Below, in pieces: positions 1 through 8,321 of a stretch of 64,000 nt of DNA; position 1 is the stretch's first letter; every line of letters starts with the position of its first letter. The stretch is from Candidatus Thalassarchaeum betae (GTDB lineage Archaea; Thermoplasmatota; Poseidoniia; Poseidoniales; Thalassarchaeaceae). Made by a program: the position numbers and the translations under genes. The stretch lies in contig PSPG01000003.1 in assembly GCA_003193925.1 (NCBI GenBank), positions 40,797-104,796 of the forward strand, given 5' to 3'. A model generated the notes under the pieces. That model did no database searches and was not told the origin of the DNA. It saw only the letters and a list, made by a program, of their open reading frames with translations.

Positions 1-1409
1 TCGGTCGGGGTCATGTCCGGATTGGCCTGCATCATCAGCGCGGCTATTCCTGCCATCAGCGGTGTGGCCATGCTGGTGCCGGACTTGCTGGTGTAGCCGT
101 CCTTAGTGGCTGCATCGGGGGCCATGATGTTCGAGCCTATCGTGGCGACATCTGGCTTCACTCGCAAATCGGAGGTGTAGCCCCTGCTGCTGTAAATGGC
201 GAGGCTGAGGTCCTTGTCCAGGCTAGCCACCGTAACGGGCAGTCGGGCGTCGCCCGGGCTGTCGATGGTGTTGCAGCCTGCGAGGGTGGCACCGCCGAAC
301 TCGTTGCCCGCGGACAGCGTGGTGATGATGCCGGCCTCGACCACCATGTCCATCTGGCGGCTCCAGGCAGAGTTGCCGTCGTTGTCGACGTGGATCTCGA
401 ACTGCTGCTCGCCGAGCGAGGAGGTGAGGATGTCGATGCCATGACCACCATCCCACTGACGATCCTTGTTGTCGATAGCCCACTGGGCACCCTGCATGAT
501 GTCCTCGATGTCGCCGTCGCAGCACGACAGGATGTTGATCAGGAATGCTCCCGGTGCTGCTCCGATGTAGCGTAGCCCGGTGCTGGGGTCGGTCTGACCT
601 CCTCCCGTTCCAGCAGCGATGCCGGCAACATGGCTGCCATGGTCACTGGAGTCGTAGGACTCAGCCGGATCTTGCTCCGCGTCGGTTATCACGGCGTCGA
701 AGAAGGCGATGATCTTCGGGTCACAGTCGGCTGGTATTGGGTCGGGGTTGGGGTCTAGTGGATCAGGTGGGTCATCGAGGCAGGTGAACGGGTCGTCGTC
801 CATGTCGTTGAGGCCCTCATGGTCACCGCGAATCCCGGTGTCTAGGATCGCGATCACCGAGCCGGTGCCATCGAGGCCGAGTTCGGTCCAGACCTGGTCG
901 ACCCCTAGGGTCGGGACGGCTTCGTGCATGTTCGGCTCGGCCAGGCCGAGGTCCTCGACCATCACGACCCCGGGAAGGGCGCGGACGCCTTTGGGGTCGA
1001 GGAGCGCTGCGAAGGGGACCGTGGCAGCGAACAGGTCGAGGTACTTGGCCCGGAACGTGACCTCGGCGCCAAGCCGCTCGAGGACCCTGACGTCGGCGTC
1101 GGTAGGATGGTGGTCGTAGTCGACGAACACCCTGGCGCTCCCGGCCGGTGCTCGGCGCCACCAGTCCTGCTGGACGTCAGCCGGCTGCTCGAGCAGCCAC
1201 TCGAGCCTGTCATCCAGTTGGTTGGCGTCCTTGTCGCGGCTCCAGTAGAGCCACCAGTAGGCATGGATGTCGGATTCCACCGAGGCACTCCAGTTGCCGT
1301 CTGCGTCGAATCCGCCGCGCCCGTCCTCGGCCATTATGGTCGATGAGGCGAGTGGCAGCAGGAACAGCAGGACGACTGCTGAGGCCAACGCTGCACGCCG
1401 TCCTGCCAT
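1..1409 (-). CDS. Secreted subtilisin-like serine peptidase (S8), runs off the window start
   Basis: Not in the ORF track because it has no stop in the window. Manual minus-strand translation from ATG 1409 gives signal peptide MAGRRAALASAVVLLFLLPLASS and the catalytic motifs VIAILDTG (~840-860), DHGSHVAGI (~620-645) and SGTSMATP (~60-85). Confidence 0.92.
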   Translation of the reverse strand, partial: MAGRRAALASAVVLLFLLPLASSTIMAEDGRGGFDADGNWSASVESDIHAYWWLYWSRDKDANQLDDRLEWLLEQPADVQQDWWRRAPAGSARVFVDYDHHPTDADVRVLERLGAEVTFRAKYLDLFAATVPFAALLDPKGVRALPGVVMVEDLGLAEPNMHEAVPTLGVDQVWTELGLDGTGSVIAILDTGIRGDHEGLNDMDDDPFTCLDDPPDPLDPNPDPIPADCDPKIIAFFDAVITDAEQDPAESYDSSDHGSHVAGIAAGTGGGQTDPSTGLRYIGAAPGAFLINILSCCDGDIEDIMQGAQWAIDNKDRQWDGGHGIDILTSSLGEQQFEIHVDNDGNSAWSRQMDMVVEAGIITTLSAGNEFGGATLAGCNTIDSPGDARLPVTVASLDKDLSLAIYSSRGYTSDLRVKPDVATIGSNIMAPDAATKDGYTSKSGTSMATPLMAGIAALMMQANPDMTPT

Positions 1410-1459
1410 GGGCAGGACGAAAGTGGGGTGGTGTTTGAGACTTAGGTCGTCATCAGTCG

Positions 1460-2329
1460 TCAACTGACCTTCATTCCCTGATTGTCGTAGTCCCACTCGA
1501 TGACTTCCCAGCCGGCCTCCTCGACCGCGGAAACCGCTGTACTGACGCCCGTCGGGGAGCATAGCAGGCCCACTGAGCCACCGCCGCCTGCGCCCAAAGC
1601 CTTCCAAGCCACCGCCGAGCCCGCCTCCAGAAGGGGGTCAATCACGCCTCGAAACGGGTCGTGGATCGCCGGATCCAGCATGTCGACTCCCTTGCAGACC
1701 TCATTGAGGGCATGGACCACGAGTTCGCGCCGATCGCGTTGAAGCCCCTCGGCCATGGTTCGTGCGGCCCCTCTGATGAGATGCAGGCCGCCGATCACCG
1801 ACTCGTCGCCCTGATCGTAGCGCTCCCAGACCCCGGAGTGCATGTCTCCTGAGGTGTGCTCGATTCCCGTATAGGCGATGACGAAGTGCTTGCGCAGCCA
1901 GTTCCTCGCCGAGCGCATCGGCTCGAACGGCATCTCCTCGACCTCGTCGCCGAGGAAGAGCAGGTGGTTGAATCCACCATGTGCGGCGGCCCACTGGTCC
2001 TGCCTGCCGCCGCGGTTCTCGAGCAGGGCCTCGAACTGGAAGGCGAGCTCGGCGATGTCCTCAGGGCTCTTGTCGCCACCGGCGATGGTCGCAATCAGTC
2101 CGACGTTCATCGCCCCGCTCGTCCCGAGGCCCGATCCCGTCGGCATGTCGCTGCTGTACTCGACCCGTATCCGCCCGTCCGCGTCCTTCTCCATGATGCT
2201 CCGGATGTATCGATTGATGGCGAAGTTGACGACCTCGCCCCCGAAATCGCCGCTGTACGGCTGGACGTCGGTCCAGCCTCCTGCGAGGTCGACGCGTACG
2301 GGAACCACCACTTCCACGCGTTCCGCCAT
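1460..2329 (-). CDS. GHMP-family sugar(-phosphate) kinase (HddA/fucokinase-like)
   Basis: PVRVDLAGGWTD N-terminal motif, MPTGSGLGTSG ATP-binding loop, GGRQDQ and GAGGGG. Start placed at MAERV (2329); the track extends to 2341. Confidence 0.85.
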   Translation of the reverse strand: MAERVEVVVPVRVDLAGGWTDVQPYSGDFGGEVVNFAINRYIRSIMEKDADGRIRVEYSSDMPTGSGLGTSGAMNVGLIATIAGGDKSPEDIAELAFQFEALLENRGGRQDQWAAAHGGFNHLLFLGDEVEEMPFEPMRSARNWLRKHFVIAYTGIEHTSGDMHSGVWERYDQGDESVIGGLHLIRGAARTMAEGLQRDRRELVVHALNEVCKGVDMLDPAIHDPFRGVIDPLLEAGSAVAWKALGAGGGGSVGLLCSPTGVSTAVSAVEEAGWEVIEWDYDNQGMKVS

Positions 2330-2411
2330 CGAACACAGCAAATCTCCGACCCATGAGAAGGATTCGGTCTGCGACCGAAAATAACGGGTAGGTAAGGCCC
2401 CTCCGCCCTAC

Positions 2412-3125
2412 ATGGCCTCCGGTGTGGATCGAGCCATCGCCGCATTCGTCGCCGGTGAGCCAGTCATGGTGTTCGACTCAGCCTTCAGGGAGCGGGAGAC
2501 CGACCTGCTGTGGCCCGCGGACGCCGCGACGCCGGAGGTCATGCGGACTCTGCGCAAAGACTGCGGCGGCCTGCTGTTCCTCGCTATCGGAAACGAGATC
2601 GGCGAGCTCTTCGGGCTGCCATGGCTGCAGGACATCCATTCGCACCCTGCGCTGGTCAAGGAGAACCCGGTGCTCGCCGATCTCGTGACCAACGACCTGC
2701 AGTACGACACGCGCTCTGCATTCACAGTCTCACTGAACCACAGGGACACGTACACCGGAATCACCGACCGCGACCGCGCCCTGACCACCCGCAGATTCGG
2801 CGAACTGACCGGTGAACTGCTCGCCAGTGGGGCGGACGGTGAGGCTGCGCGAGCCGCACTCGGCGCCGAGTTTCGCACCCCCGGGCACATCCCAGTGTGC
2901 CGAGAGTCCCGGCAGGGGCTCAGGACGCGACAGGGGCACACCGAGCTGGCCGTCTCGATAGCGCGGCTCTCCGGGCACTCGCCGTGCACCATCGGCGCCG
3001 AAATGCTGCAGCCGGACGGCGACGGCGCTCTGGCTGTCGAGGATGCCCGCGAATACGCCCGCAAGCGTGGCATACCGATGATCACCGGGGCAGACATACT
3101 CGAGGCGCTTGGGATAGACGAATGA
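2412..3125 (+). CDS. ribB: 3,4-dihydroxy-2-butanone-4-phosphate synthase (archaeal type)
   Basis: FDSAFRERETD, TGITDRDRALT, EFRTPGHIP and RQGHTE motifs; first gene of the rib operon. Confidence 0.93.
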   Translation: MASGVDRAIAAFVAGEPVMVFDSAFRERETDLLWPADAATPEVMRTLRKDCGGLLFLAIGNEIGELFGLPWLQDIHSHPALVKENPVLADLVTNDLQYDTRSAFTVSLNHRDTYTGITDRDRALTTRRFGELTGELLASGADGEAARAALGAEFRTPGHIPVCRESRQGLRTRQGHTELAVSIARLSGHSPCTIGAEMLQPDGDGALAVEDAREYARKRGIPMITGADILEALGIDE

Positions 3126-3168
3126 GGCGAAGGATTGAGGCAGGTCTGCGTTTCGGGGGTGTGAGAGC

Positions 3169-3627
3169 ATGGTGCGCGTGATGGCCGTCGGCATTTTCGA
3201 TCTCCTTCACGCCGGGCACCTGCACTACCTCGAGCAGGCCAAGTCGCTGGGCGACGAACTGGTCGTCGTGGTTGCTCACGATGACACGGTCCGCAATCAG
3301 AAGCACGAGCCCATAACGGGCCAGGAGTTGCGACGCAGGATGGTTGCCGGGCTGAAGCCGGTGGACGAGGCCATCGTGGGTAACCCCCCTTCAGTCCCGA
3401 TCTTCGACATCCTCGATGTCGTCAAGCCCGACAAAATCGCTCTGGGCTACGACCAGAAGCACTCGATCGAAGCCGTCCGGGCAGGTCTGGAGAGACAGGG
3501 CCATGGCCACATCGAGGTCGTAAGGGTAGAAGGGCTCTCGGACGACTTGGACGGGACTCGCAAGATCATCTCAAAGATCCTTGACCTCTGGACCGGGACC
3601 GAAGACGGCCCCTACGAGGAGGATTGA
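3169..3627 (+). CDS. ribL: FAD synthase (archaeal cytidylyltransferase family)
   Basis: GIFDLLHAGHLHYL (HxGH), ELVVVVAHD and IALGYDQ motifs; position inside the rib operon. Confidence 0.88.
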   Translation: MVRVMAVGIFDLLHAGHLHYLEQAKSLGDELVVVVAHDDTVRNQKHEPITGQELRRRMVAGLKPVDEAIVGNPPSVPIFDILDVVKPDKIALGYDQKHSIEAVRAGLERQGHGHIEVVRVEGLSDDLDGTRKIISKILDLWTGTEDGPYEED

Positions 3628-3628
3628 G

Positions 3629-4234
3629 ATGTTCACCGGTATCGTACAGGGCACCGGAGAGGTGACTTCGATCTCGGATGGCGGCACAGTGCGTCGGTTC
3701 TCCATTGAGATGAGTGGTCTGAGCGATGAGCTCGGGATGGGTGCGAGCGTATCCGTCGATGGCGTCTGCCTGACTGTATCCGGAATGGAAGGGAGCGTCG
3801 TCGACTTCGATGCGATTCCCGAGACGCTGGAGCGCTCGACTCTCGGGGGCCTGTGTGTCGGTGATGCGGTGAACCTCGAGCGCGCCCTGCGCATGGGCGA
3901 TGAGCTGGGAGGGCACGTCCTGTCCGGGCATGTAATGGCCACAGCGGAGGTGCTCGGCCGTAGCGAGGTCGGCGAGGGCGTCGACATGGAGATCTCCGTC
4001 TCGTCGGACATCAGGCCGTTTGTCATGGAGAAGGGCTACATCGCCGTCGACGGTATCAGCCTCACCGTCGGCCGGGTCAGGGCCGAGTCGTTCGACGTCC
4101 ACCTGATTCCCGAGACCCTCGAGAGGACGACCATCGGCAGCAAGTCTGAGAGCAGCCTTGTAAACATCGAGGTCGACCCAATGACCCAAGCTGTGGTCGA
4201 GACCATCTCACGGATGATGGAGGCACGCCAGTGA
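3629..4234 (+). CDS. ribE: Riboflavin synthase, bacterial-type alpha chain
   Basis: Canonical MFTGIV N-terminus at ATG 3629; SVSVDGVCLTV, VNLERAL, GGHVLSGHV, KGYIAVDGISLTV and VNIEVD. Confidence 0.95.
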   Translation: MFTGIVQGTGEVTSISDGGTVRRFSIEMSGLSDELGMGASVSVDGVCLTVSGMEGSVVDFDAIPETLERSTLGGLCVGDAVNLERALRMGDELGGHVLSGHVMATAEVLGRSEVGEGVDMEISVSSDIRPFVMEKGYIAVDGISLTVGRVRAESFDVHLIPETLERTTIGSKSESSLVNIEVDPMTQAVVETISRMMEARQ

Positions 4235-4626
4235 ACCTCGGCATCGTCTGCGGAGCCTTCCACCGCGAGCACGTCGAGAGTATGCTGGAGTACGCCCGCG
4301 ACGAGGCCGCATCGAAGAACTGGGAGGTCGCTGATGTGGTCTGGGTTCCCGGCTCGATGGAGGCTCCTCTAGCACTGGAGAGGATGCTCCAGCGAGAGGA
4401 CATCGATGGCGCTGTCGCGCTCGGCATCATCGAGCGGGGCCAGACCGATCACGGTCTGGTCATGGGACAGTCCGTGACGAGGGCGATCATCGAGTTGCAG
4501 ATTGCACACAATAAGCCCATCGGGCTCGGGATAATCGGTCCTGGCGCCGAGCCAGAGCACATCGTGGCGCGGTTGGAACCGCATGCCCGCGCTGCTGTCG
4601 GCGCGGTCGCGGCCATGGTAGAGTGA
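4231..4626 (+). CDS. ribH: 6,7-dimethyl-8-ribityllumazine synthase
   Basis: VPGSMEAP, ALGIIERGQTDH and KPIGLGIIGPG; GTGA overlap with ribE. Confidence 0.93.
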   Translation: MNLGIVCGAFHREHVESMLEYARDEAASKNWEVADVVWVPGSMEAPLALERMLQREDIDGAVALGIIERGQTDHGLVMGQSVTRAIIELQIAHNKPIGLGIIGPGAEPEHIVARLEPHARAAVGAVAAMVE

Positions 4627-5487
4627 TCACAGGCGCGTCGCCTTGAGGGTGAATGACAGAGGAATCGGCACGTGCCCTTCCTTGAGTCGCCAGTGGTTCG
4701 GGCGCGTCGGCTCGAACAGGTCAGGCCAAGGTGCGAAGAAGTGCTCGTCGCGCTCGTTGAGGAAATCTATGCGGAAGCCGTTCTCGAGAAGCGCGTTGAT
4801 GATCGTATCGTACCTGTACTCCCAGCAGTGCGTGGTGCGCTCTATGTCAGCCTCCGCGGTAGCGTAGCTGCCCTCGCCGACCTCTGAAATCGGACCCTCG
4901 TTGAAGAGATCGTACTTCGGAACCAGCCGAGGGCCGTCAGGCCCCTCCTCCACATCGAGGATGTTGACCATCGGGGTGCTCTCCTCCAGATACAGAACAC
5001 CACCCTGCTTGAGCAGAGCGGAGCACACTCGGGCCCACTCGCCTAGGTCCGGCAACCAGCACAAGGCTCCTCGGCCCGTGTAGAGGATGTCGAACTGCTC
5101 GCCGTTCAGCGCCTCGACAGCATCCCTGACCCTGCTGACGACGAACCTCGCGTCGTCGATTCTGAGGATCCTGGCGAACCTCTCGGCCTCGGCGATTGCG
5201 TTCGGCGAGAAGTCGAGGCCGGTCACCCTCGCGCCCTCGCGCGCCCAGGAGAGCGTGTCAGTGCCGATGTGGCACTGCATGTGGAGCAGCGACTTTCCCC
5301 CGACTCGGCCGATCTCCTCGATCTCCCAGGGCGATAGCTTGGACTCGCCGGCGAGCCACTGCTCGATGCGGTAGAACTCGGCACCGCTGCCCTGCGCGTG
5401 GAGGTGAGCCATCGCGTCCCACGACTCTAGGTTCTCCCGGATCGCCTCTTCGTCGTCGGCTGGAGGCGGTGCTGGTCTCCAGGCCAT
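4627..5487 (-). CDS. Class I SAM-dependent methyltransferase
   Basis: LLHMQCHIGTDTLSWAREGARVTGLDFS motif I region, FDILYTGRGALCWLPDL and LKQGGVLY. Confidence 0.85.
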   Translation of the reverse strand: MAWRPAPPPADDEEAIRENLESWDAMAHLHAQGSGAEFYRIEQWLAGESKLSPWEIEEIGRVGGKSLLHMQCHIGTDTLSWAREGARVTGLDFSPNAIAEAERFARILRIDDARFVVSRVRDAVEALNGEQFDILYTGRGALCWLPDLGEWARVCSALLKQGGVLYLEESTPMVNILDVEEGPDGPRLVPKYDLFNEGPISEVGEGSYATAEADIERTTHCWEYRYDTIINALLENGFRIDFLNERDEHFFAPWPDLFEPTRPNHWRLKEGHVPIPLSFTLKATRL

Positions 5488-5636
5488 GCGAGTTCGTCGG
5501 GCGACTCCGATGAAACCCTATCGGCAACAAGGAGTGCCGTCATTCCTCGATTTCGATGCCTTGCGCCATCATCATCTCGGCCCCAGATTCGTACCATAAC
5601 CACGGAGCAGGGTTGAAGGACGTCCCACCGTTGCCG

Positions 5637-6572
5637 ATGCCCATGGGCGGTGAAGTCCGCAATGTGATAATCATCGGCTCCGGGCCTGCGGGCTACACTG
5701 CCGGCCTATACGCCGCCCGCGCTCTGCTCGAGCCTCTGATGTTCGCTGGCTACATGTCCGGCGGCCAGCTCATGCTGACCACGGACGTCGAGAACTTCCC
5801 CGGCTACCCGATGGGGGTCGGCGGCCCGGAGATGATGGTACACATGCGGGAGCAGGCCGAACACTTCGGCCTCGAGGTCCACGACAAGAACGTCGAGAGG
5901 GTAGATTTCTCCGAGCGCCCGTTCAGGGTCTGGGTCGAGGGCGAGGAGTTCCGCGCCGAGGCTGTGATCATCTGCACCGGCGCGGAGGCCATCTGGCTCG
6001 GCGTCGAGGGCGAGGAAGAGCACAGGGGACGAGGGATCTCATCATGCGCGACCTGCGATGGCGCTTTCTTCCGCGACGAGGAGGTCATCGTGGTCGGCGG
6101 CGGCGACTCGGCGATGGAGGAGGCGACTTTTCTCACCAGATTCGCGAGCAAGGTCACCATAATCCACCGACGCGAGGGTTTCCGGGCATCGAAGATCATG
6201 TACGAACGCGCTGCCATTCACCCCAAGATCGACATCAAGACGCACAGAAGGGTCAAGAGCTGGCTCTCCGATGACAACGGCCTGACCGGAGCCGTGCTGG
6301 AGGACCCCAGAGACGGCTCCGAGGAGGAGATCTCGTGCACTGGTGCCTTCGTCGCCATCGGGCACAAGCCGATGACGGGCTTCCTCGAAGGAGAGGTGGA
6401 GATGGATGGCTCCGGATACGTCCTGCATACCGAGCACACCATGACGAGCGTGCCTGGTGTGTTCGCCGCGGGCGACGTAGTCGACAAACGGTACAGACAG
6501 GCGGTCACCGCTGCTGGCATGGGCTGTCGAGCGGCCATGGATGCCGAGAAGTGGTTGGAAGGCCAGCATTAG
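5637..6572 (+). CDS. trxB: Thioredoxin-disulfide reductase
   Basis: IIGSGPAGYTA, SCATCDG redox motif, VGGGDSAMEEA and FAAGDV..YRQAVTAAGMG. Start at 5637 or 5643; the track starts at 5556. Confidence 0.95.
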   Translation: MPMGGEVRNVIIIGSGPAGYTAGLYAARALLEPLMFAGYMSGGQLMLTTDVENFPGYPMGVGGPEMMVHMREQAEHFGLEVHDKNVERVDFSERPFRVWVEGEEFRAEAVIICTGAEAIWLGVEGEEEHRGRGISSCATCDGAFFRDEEVIVVGGGDSAMEEATFLTRFASKVTIIHRREGFRASKIMYERAAIHPKIDIKTHRRVKSWLSDDNGLTGAVLEDPRDGSEEEISCTGAFVAIGHKPMTGFLEGEVEMDGSGYVLHTEHTMTSVPGVFAAGDVVDKRYRQAVTAAGMGCRAAMDAEKWLEGQH

Positions 6573-6583
6573 GGGGTCTCGGA

Positions 6584-6970
6584 TTGGAGCCCGAAGTTGA
6601 CAAGGGTTGGCTCAGCAACCGGTTTGCCGACTTCTTCTATCTCCTGCACGTCTCAGTCACATTCTTCTGCGCTTTTGCGTGGCTGGGCCCCTACGAGTGG
6701 ATGTGGTGGGGTGTCTTCATCCTCTACGGGGCCACCGAGGTCCTGTGGCTGTTCAGAGACGAGTATTGCATCCTCACTGACGCCGAACAGTGGTTCAGAG
6801 GCATTCCTAAAGCGGACTCCCATCTCGATCAGAGTTTCATCCGACGACTGTTCAACCTCATACTCAGACGGGATATACAGCCTGAGAACGCGAGTACGCT
6901 CACGCGCGTGTGGGGTCGTATAGGTTGGCTGGTGGCGACGGCTCGCCTGTTCGTGCCGGGTGTGCCCTGA
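6584..6970 (+). CDS. Small membrane protein, DUF2784-like
   Basis: 3' part of ORF 6335-6970 from TTG 6584: hydrophobic helices, LLH..., YCILTDAEQWFR (CxLTxxExxxR-like) and SFI motif. Confidence 0.6.
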   Translation: MEPEVDKGWLSNRFADFFYLLHVSVTFFCAFAWLGPYEWMWWGVFILYGATEVLWLFRDEYCILTDAEQWFRGIPKADSHLDQSFIRRLFNLILRRDIQPENASTLTRVWGRIGWLVATARLFVPGVP

Positions 6971-6993
6971 CGAGGCTTGCGACCGAAGCGCAC

Positions 6994-8166
6994 ATGTTGG
7001 ATTGCCCCCCTCGGCGGAGCGTGTCCGACGAGCAGAGTGCTGGCGAGAGCGCGCGGTACGCGCGTCATCTGACGCTACCAGAGGTAGGTCCCGAGGGGCA
7101 GAAGCTGCTCAGCGAGGCCTCGGTCCTCGTGGTGGGAGCAGGCGGCCTCGGCTCGCCAGCCCTGCTGTACCTCGCAGCGGCGGGAGTTGGCAGGATAGGC
7201 GTCATAGACGACGATTCGGTCGACATCACTAACTTGCAGAGGCAGGTGATTCACGGAACTGCGGAGCTGGGAGAGCCGAAGGTGGCGTCCGCTGAGCGCA
7301 GGCTCGCCGACCTCAATCCGGAGGTCGAAGTAGAGTCGTTGGAGTTCAGGCTGGAGGTGGACAACGCCCTGGACGTCATAGGCAGCTACGACTTGGTGAT
7401 AGACGGCTCTGACAACTTCTCCACCAGGTACCTCATTGGCGATGCGTGCGAAATCCTCGGCAAACCGTGGGTATTCGGCAGCATACACAGGTTCGAGGGG
7501 CAGGTGTCCACATTCAACCTCGACGGAGGGCCCAACTACCGCGACCTGTTTCCAGAAGCCCCTCCGGCCGAACTCGCTCCCAACTGCGCTGAGGCGGGAG
7601 TCCTCGGAGTCCTGCCCGGGATAGTCGGGTCAATCCAAGCCACCGAGGCAATCAAGGTGATCCTCGGAGTCGGCGAACCACTCAGCGGCAGGCTGCTGGT
7701 AATCGACGCGCTCAGCATGGGCATGCGCTCCCTCTCATTCTCCCACGACCCCAGCCGCCAGACAGTGACCGAGATTTCCAAGGAGGCCATAGAATGCTCA
7801 GCCAGACCGGGTTCGATGGAGGAGATGCAGGGGGGCATGCGGGAGATCAGCCCCTCCGAGTACGTCACCCGCGTAGACGGCGGATGGTCCCCGTTCCTAC
7901 TCGACGTCAGGAGGAGGGACGAGGAGATGATCGTCTCCCTCAACGGGACGGCCCTGCGAATCCAACACCTGTCGATCCCCTCGCGTACGGACGAGGTCCC
8001 CAAGGACCGAGACGTGGTCGTCTACTGCAGGACGGGGGGCAGGTCCGCTACCGTTGCGCGCTTCCTAGTAGCCATGGCAGGCTGGTCTGAGGAGCGCGTC
8101 TACAACCTCTCCGGAGGGATTCACGAGTGGTCGGATACTGTTGACTCTTCCGTCCCAAAATACTAA
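6994..8166 (+). CDS. moeB: Molybdopterin-synthase adenylyltransferase/sulfurtransferase (ThiF + rhodanese, MoeZ type)
   Basis: RYARH, VGAGGLGSP, NLQRQ, DGSDNFSTRY, PNYRDLFP..NCAEAGVLG and C-terminal rhodanese YCRTGGRS. Start uncertain (6994 ATG or 7021 GTG). Confidence 0.92.
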   Translation: MLDCPPRRSVSDEQSAGESARYARHLTLPEVGPEGQKLLSEASVLVVGAGGLGSPALLYLAAAGVGRIGVIDDDSVDITNLQRQVIHGTAELGEPKVASAERRLADLNPEVEVESLEFRLEVDNALDVIGSYDLVIDGSDNFSTRYLIGDACEILGKPWVFGSIHRFEGQVSTFNLDGGPNYRDLFPEAPPAELAPNCAEAGVLGVLPGIVGSIQATEAIKVILGVGEPLSGRLLVIDALSMGMRSLSFSHDPSRQTVTEISKEAIECSARPGSMEEMQGGMREISPSEYVTRVDGGWSPFLLDVRRRDEEMIVSLNGTALRIQHLSIPSRTDEVPKDRDVVVYCRTGGRSATVARFLVAMAGWSEERVYNLSGGIHEWSDTVDSSVPKY

Positions 8167-8321
8167 TTGTGGTGACTATTAGTTAAGACTAACTATTATT
8201 TGCGGTATTTTCTATCTTTTTCGATTTGAGAATACCTAGAGTATACGTATTTTCACTATTTGTGGGGATAACTGGTGCAGTGAGTCGAAGAATTGTTGTA
8301 TAAGCAGACCTTCGGGATACC
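8167..8321. promoter_or_regulatory. A+T-rich intergenic region (probable terminator plus promoter)
   Basis: Sharp drop in GC with T-tracts (tttctatcttttt) and TATA-like ttgtataag upstream of ATG 8322. Confidence 0.45.

Noticed and set aside
2342-2411. FMN riboswitch before the rib operon
   Set aside because: The gap is too short and lacks the conserved FMN aptamer motifs.
8167-8300. Replication origin or mobile-element end in the A+T-rich gap
   Set aside because: No ORB-like repeats, no cdc6/orc1 nearby, and only a weak 6-bp inverted repeat (TAGTTA/TAACTA).
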